Below, piece by piece: positions 58,763 through 64,000 of a DNA stretch of 64,000 nucleotides (positions are counted from its first letter, which is position 1; the number at the start of each line of letters is the position of its first letter). Both the position numbers and the translations under genes were made by a program. This DNA comes from the human T2T-CHM13v2.0 reference genome, Homo sapiens. The stretch is taken from assembly GCF_009914755.1 (NCBI RefSeq), contig NC_060936.1. One strand, written 5' to 3'. The notes beneath the pieces were generated by a model that saw only the letters and a program-made list of their open reading frames with translations, searched no databases and was not told where the DNA came from.

Positions 58763-58769
58763 TTACCCT

Positions 58770-61700
58770 TTTTTTCAAGATGGTTGACCAGGGACTTCAG
58801 ATGCCAAATCTCCTCAGAAAGATCAAGTTACAGGTGAATGGCAATGATTCAAATGGAAAGCTGAGGAAAGAGAGCCAGGACCTGTCAGAGCCCATGGGAA
58901 GAAGCTGGGTTACAGAAAAGGAAAGTAGCAAGTTTGACAGAGATTGACCCTCGAGGAACCCAGAACCATATGGAAATGGTAGGTGGGGTGCTTCTCTGCT
59001 CCACTCCCCCTATGACAATTTGCTGACATCCAAAGTGTCAGCATGCCACTCTGTCCTTGTGATCCTGAGCACCACTGTTGGTTGCAATTTTAAAACTTCC
59101 TGGAAACAGGAAACCAGGTGGCCAGCTCACACAGGTATGCTCATACTCCTCTCAGGCCTGAACCAAAATAGAAGACACCATACTGGACCTGCATCCTTTC
59201 TGAACAACTGCCCTGCCCAGTGAACCTCAGCCCTTAGGTCACTGCATCACCAGCGTGCCCACAAACTTACCCCACAACTCACTCTGCTTTGGCAACAACA
59301 GGGGACTGGTAGGGCCCTGCCAGGTCCCTGCAGCTGCAGCATTCCCCAAAATCGAGCCCTTGACATGAACTTCCCCTAGGGGAGGGAGGAGCACAGTCCA
59401 CCAAAGCCCGCCCTGAGACAATGGAAATGTAGGTGTGGCACCAATCACTGAAGCAGTCAGCACCAGTGGCCAGGAACACATGTGAGGAGAGGATTATTTT
59501 CCCCTCCACCTAACCCTGTTGTGGATGGAGAAGAGGCTCCCCTGACTGGAAGCCAGTGCATGAGCACTTAGAGACAGCCTTTTCATCATTTTATTCTGCA
59601 GCTGCACCCTGTTGAAAGTGAGCCCATGCCACATGGGCTTCCACAAAGAATGGGCTCATCTCCCTCTCCTCACACACAACAGCAGTGTCCCAGCAACATA
59701 GGGCAGACAAACTGCAGAGCTGTCTGCTCTGGACTAAGGGGAGAGGCTCTGCCCCAAACCCATTTTGGTGGTCCAGCTAGAGGAGTGTTTCCACAGTCCT
59801 CAGCCTTGACTGGGAGTCAAGGGACATCTACATGAATTGAAGATCATGACCCTGCATCAGGGGCAATAGGGAAGTGGATTCCAGTCCTGCCTGCCTAGGT
59901 TGAGGAACTGGTGCAGCCCCCACCATTCCCCTACCCCTGAGACCTCAGCCACCCTAACATGATTCCTCATTCCCACCCCTATCCACGAACAGAGCAGGCA
60001 GCTCCACTCATTAATGGGCACCTGAAAGTGAGCCGGCTCTTATTCTTAAGCACCACCTACTGGATAGGAGATTGATTTGCACCACCAAATAGTAAACCTG
60101 CTGTCAGGACATAGCACTAGTATATGAGATAAGCTTCCTGAGACCTCCACACTCTTAGCACTGCAGAAGATAGTGTGTCAGCACATATAACCAACATATC
60201 ACTTTTTAAAAAGCAGCATTTGAGAAGGCAGCCGCACAAAGGCTACCTCAACAACGAAAAAACCGACACAGAGCCTCAGCCCGTTGAAAGAACCCAGAAA
60301 TAAAGTCAAATGACAGCATAATCCACACTCATACACTCAAGGAAACAAATAATTAAAAAAATTTAAAAGGCCTTTTCAAATTATAGCATATGCAAATATA
60401 AGAAGCAACAGCTCCTTCAGATGAGATAGAATAAGTTCAAGAACTCTGGCAATAAAGACAAAGTGTTTTGACACCAACAGAGGCTGCGTTCACTCTCTAC
60501 CAATGAACCCTAACCAAAATGAAAATTCTGAAATGGCACATAAATAATTCAAAGTATGAATTGCAATGAAGCTCAATTAAATTCAAGAGAAAGATGAAAA
60601 CCACCACACAAAAAACAAACACAGAAAAATGATTCAGGTTATGAAAATGAGAAAGCTATATTTAAAAAAAAAGCTAGAACTTTGGGAGTTAAAAAATTAA
60701 CTGAATGAATGTAAAAATATCATTAAAGTCTTTAATAATAGACATGACCAAGCAGAAGAAAGAATTTTAGAGCTTGAATGCTGGTCTTTTGAATTAACAT
60801 AGTCAGACAAAAATTAAGAAAAAATAATTTTACAAAATGAACAAAGTCTTCAAGAAATATGGGATTATGTACAGCAACCAAACCTGTGACTACTAAGCAT
60901 TCCTGAGAGAGAAGAAAAAGTAATCAACTTGGAAAACATATTTGAGGGAATGATTCAGGAAAATTTATCTAATCTTCCTAGAAGTAGATATCCAGATACA
61001 AGAAACTGAGAGAACACCTGTGAGATACTTTACAAGACAAACATCACCAAAGCAATATAGTCATCAGACTATCCAAGGTAAATGCTAAAAAAAAATCTTA
61101 AAGGCAGCTAAAGAAAAGGATTAAATCACCTATAGAGATAAACCCACCAGACTAACAGCAGACTTTTCAGCAGAAACCTTATAAGCCAGAAAAGATTAGG
61201 GGCCCAATTTTAGCCTTCTTAAAGAAAAAAAAAATGCCAGCCAAGAATTTTGTATACTGCCAGAATAAGTTTCATAAACAAAGGAGCAATAAAGTCTTTC
61301 CCAGATAAGCAAATGCTAAGAGAATCTGTCACCACTAGACCAGACCTATAAGAAATGCTCAATGGCATTCTAAAGATGGAATTGAAAGGACAATACTTGC
61401 TACCATAAAAGCATACTTAAGTTCAAAGTTCACAGATCCTATGAAGCAATTACACAATTGAGACAACAAAGCAACTAGCTAACAACATGACAGGAACAAA
61501 ACCTTATACGTCAATATTAATTTGAACATAAACAGTCTAAATCCTCCACTTACAAGACACTGGCTGGAAAATGGGATTTTAAAAAAGCAAGACCCAACCA
61601 TCTGCTGCCTTCAAGAAACCCACCTATGCACCCAACACCAGGTCACACAGGTTTATAAAACTAATACTATTAGACTTAAGAAAATAAACATACAATAATA

Positions 61701-64000
61701 GTGGGAAACTTCAACATCCAACTGACTGTACTAAACAGATTATTGAGACAGAAAACTAACAAAGAAACTCTGGACTTAAATTAGACTCTTGAACAAATGA
61801 ACCTAATAGACATCTACAGAACATTCCACCCAACAATCACAGAATAAACACTTTTTCTCATCTGTGCATAGCACATTGTTCAGAATTGACCATATGTTTG
61901 GTCACAAAGCAAATCTCAATAAATTAAAAAAACCTGAAATCATATCAAGTATTTTCTGAGACAACAGCAGAATAAAATTAGAAATCAATACCAAGAGGAA
62001 CTCTCAAAGCACACAAGTACATAGAAATAAAACAACTTGCTCCTGAATGACTTTTGGGTAAATAATGAAATTAAGGCAGACATCAAAATAAATTTGAAAC
62101 AAATGAAAATAGAGACAGCATACCAATATCTCTAGGATACAGTAAAAGCAGTGTTAAGAGGAAAGTTTATAGCATCAAAGGCCTACATCTTACAATGTAG
62201 AAAGATTTCAAGTTAACAACCTAACATCACACCTGAAAGAACTAGAAAAACAAGAACAAATCAAACCCAAAGCTAGCAGAAGAAAAGAAATAACAAGGAT
62301 CAGAGCAGAATTAAATGAAATTGAGATTTTAAAAAGTCATACAATAGTTGAATGAAACAAAAGGTTAGTTCTTTGAAAAGATTAACAAAGTAGACTTAGG
62401 TAGATTAGCCAAGAGAGAAAGAGAAGATTCAAATAAGCAAAATTAGAAATAATAAAGATGACATGAAAACTGATACCATAGAATACAAAAGTTCCTCAGA
62501 GACTTACTATGAACACCTCTGTGCACAATCTATAAAGCCTAGAGGAAATGGATAAATGTCTGGAAACATACAACCTCTAAAGATTAGACCAGGAAGAAAT
62601 TGAAATATTGAACAGACCCATAATTAGTTATAAAATTCAATCACTAATAAAAAAATCTATCAACCAAAAAAAGTCCAGGCGCAGACGGATTCACAGCTGA
62701 ATTCTACCAGACACACAAAGAAGAGCTGTTACCAATCTTATTGAACCTATTGCAACCTAACTTATTCTATAAAACCAGTTCATTCTGATACCAAAATCTG
62801 TCAAGGACACACACACACAAAATGAATATCAATAGGCCAATATCCCTGACGAACATAGACACAAAAATTCTCAAAAACTACTAGAAAATCAAACACAGTA
62901 GAACATGAAAAAGGTAATTCATCAAAATTACATGGATTTTATACCAAGAATGCAAGGTTGGTTCAACATATGCAAATCAATAAATATGATTCAACAAGTA
63001 AAGATAATTAAAAATGAAAATAATGTGATCATCTCAGCAGATGCAGAAAAAGCATTTGATAAAATCCAACATTCCTTCATGCTAAGGAGCCTCAAAAATC
63101 TAGGCATTGAAGGAACACACCTCAAGATAATAAGAGCTATCTGCAACAAACCCACAGCCAACATCATACTGAACAGCACAAGTTAGAAGCATTTCCCCTA
63201 AGAATTAAGGCCAGACACAGTGGCTAATACCTATAATCCCAGCACTTTGGAAGGCCAAGGCAGGTAGAACACCTGAGGTCAGGAGTTTGAGACCAGCCTG
63301 GCCAACATGGTGAAACCCTGTCTCTACTAAAAAAAAAAAAGTCAGCCGGGCATGGTGACAGTCACCTGTAATCCTAGCTACTTGGGAGGCTGAGTCACGA
63401 GAATTGTTTGAACCCAGGAGGAAGAGGTTGCAGTGAGCCGAGATTGCACCACTGCATTCCAGCCTGGGGGACAGAGTGAGACTCTGTCTCAAAAAAAAAC
63501 CAACAACAACAACAACAACAAAAAAAAAACAGAGTAATCAGGCAAAAGAGTTGAATAAAAGGCATCCAAATTAGAAATAAAAGACATCTATTAGAGAAGA
63601 GTAATGTTAAATTATCTCTGTTTGCAGATATATGATCTAATACTTAGAAAACTCTAAAGATTCCTCCAAAAAATTCCTAAATCTGATAAATCCTGAATCA
63701 GTAAAGTTTCAGGATACAAAATAATGCATGAAAATTAGTTGCATTTCTATACATCAACAATGTTCAAGCTGAGAACTAAATCAAGTACTTATTCCCATTT
63801 ACAATAGCCTAAAATATTAAAATACCTAGAAATATATTTAACTAGGGAGGTGAAAGACTTCTATAAGGAGAACTACAAAACACTGATGAAGCAAATTGTA
63901 GATGACATGAACAAACAGATAAGCATCTCATGCTCATGGATAAGAAGAATCAATATTGTTAAAATGACTATACTGCCAAAAGCAATCTACAGATTCAACA
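58770..64000 (+). mobile_element. Long decayed LINE-1 (L1PB/L1MA age): 5' UTR, ORF1, ORF2 (ATG 61487), continuing past the window
   Basis: caagatgg 5' start, GC-richer UTR, ORF1 remnants, ORF 62905-63186 = RT ([22 protein letters not shown]), ctgtttgcaga near 63620; many stops and deletions. Confidence 0.93.
63209..63529 (+). mobile_element. AluSx-like inside the L1 RT domain
   Basis: Full dimer with A/(CAA)n tail; no TSD. Confidence 0.94.

Noticed and set aside
62905-63186. Reverse-transcriptase-like ORF
   Set aside because: Fragment of a dead L1 ORF2 with many stops, frameshifts and deletions

Overview
AT-rich primate genomic DNA (catarrhine, probably human, since AluY-type elements are present) from an intergenic or deep-intronic region. 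By eye roughly half is interspersed repeat: a heavily nested old L1M/L1MB element (1-7105), further L1MA/L1MC/L1PA pieces, a long decayed L1 running off the right edge (58770-64000), about 15 Alu elements, several solo LTRs (MER74, THE1A, LTR33, MST/MLT1, MER34-like, LTR8, LTR24-like), hAT-type MITEs, L2 and MIR relics, and microsatellites. I recognise no protein-coding gene, RNA gene or CpG island. The ORF-track entries with recognisable products are Alu, L1 or microsatellite read-throughs, and the rest are short ORFs with no recognisable homology. I found no support for a novel biological system. The best leads are retrotransposition and repair scars with readable mechanisms, a few well-formed candidate exons, and some enhancer-like motif clusters. 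Subfamily names come from recalled consensus sequences, and boundaries of old repeats are approximate.
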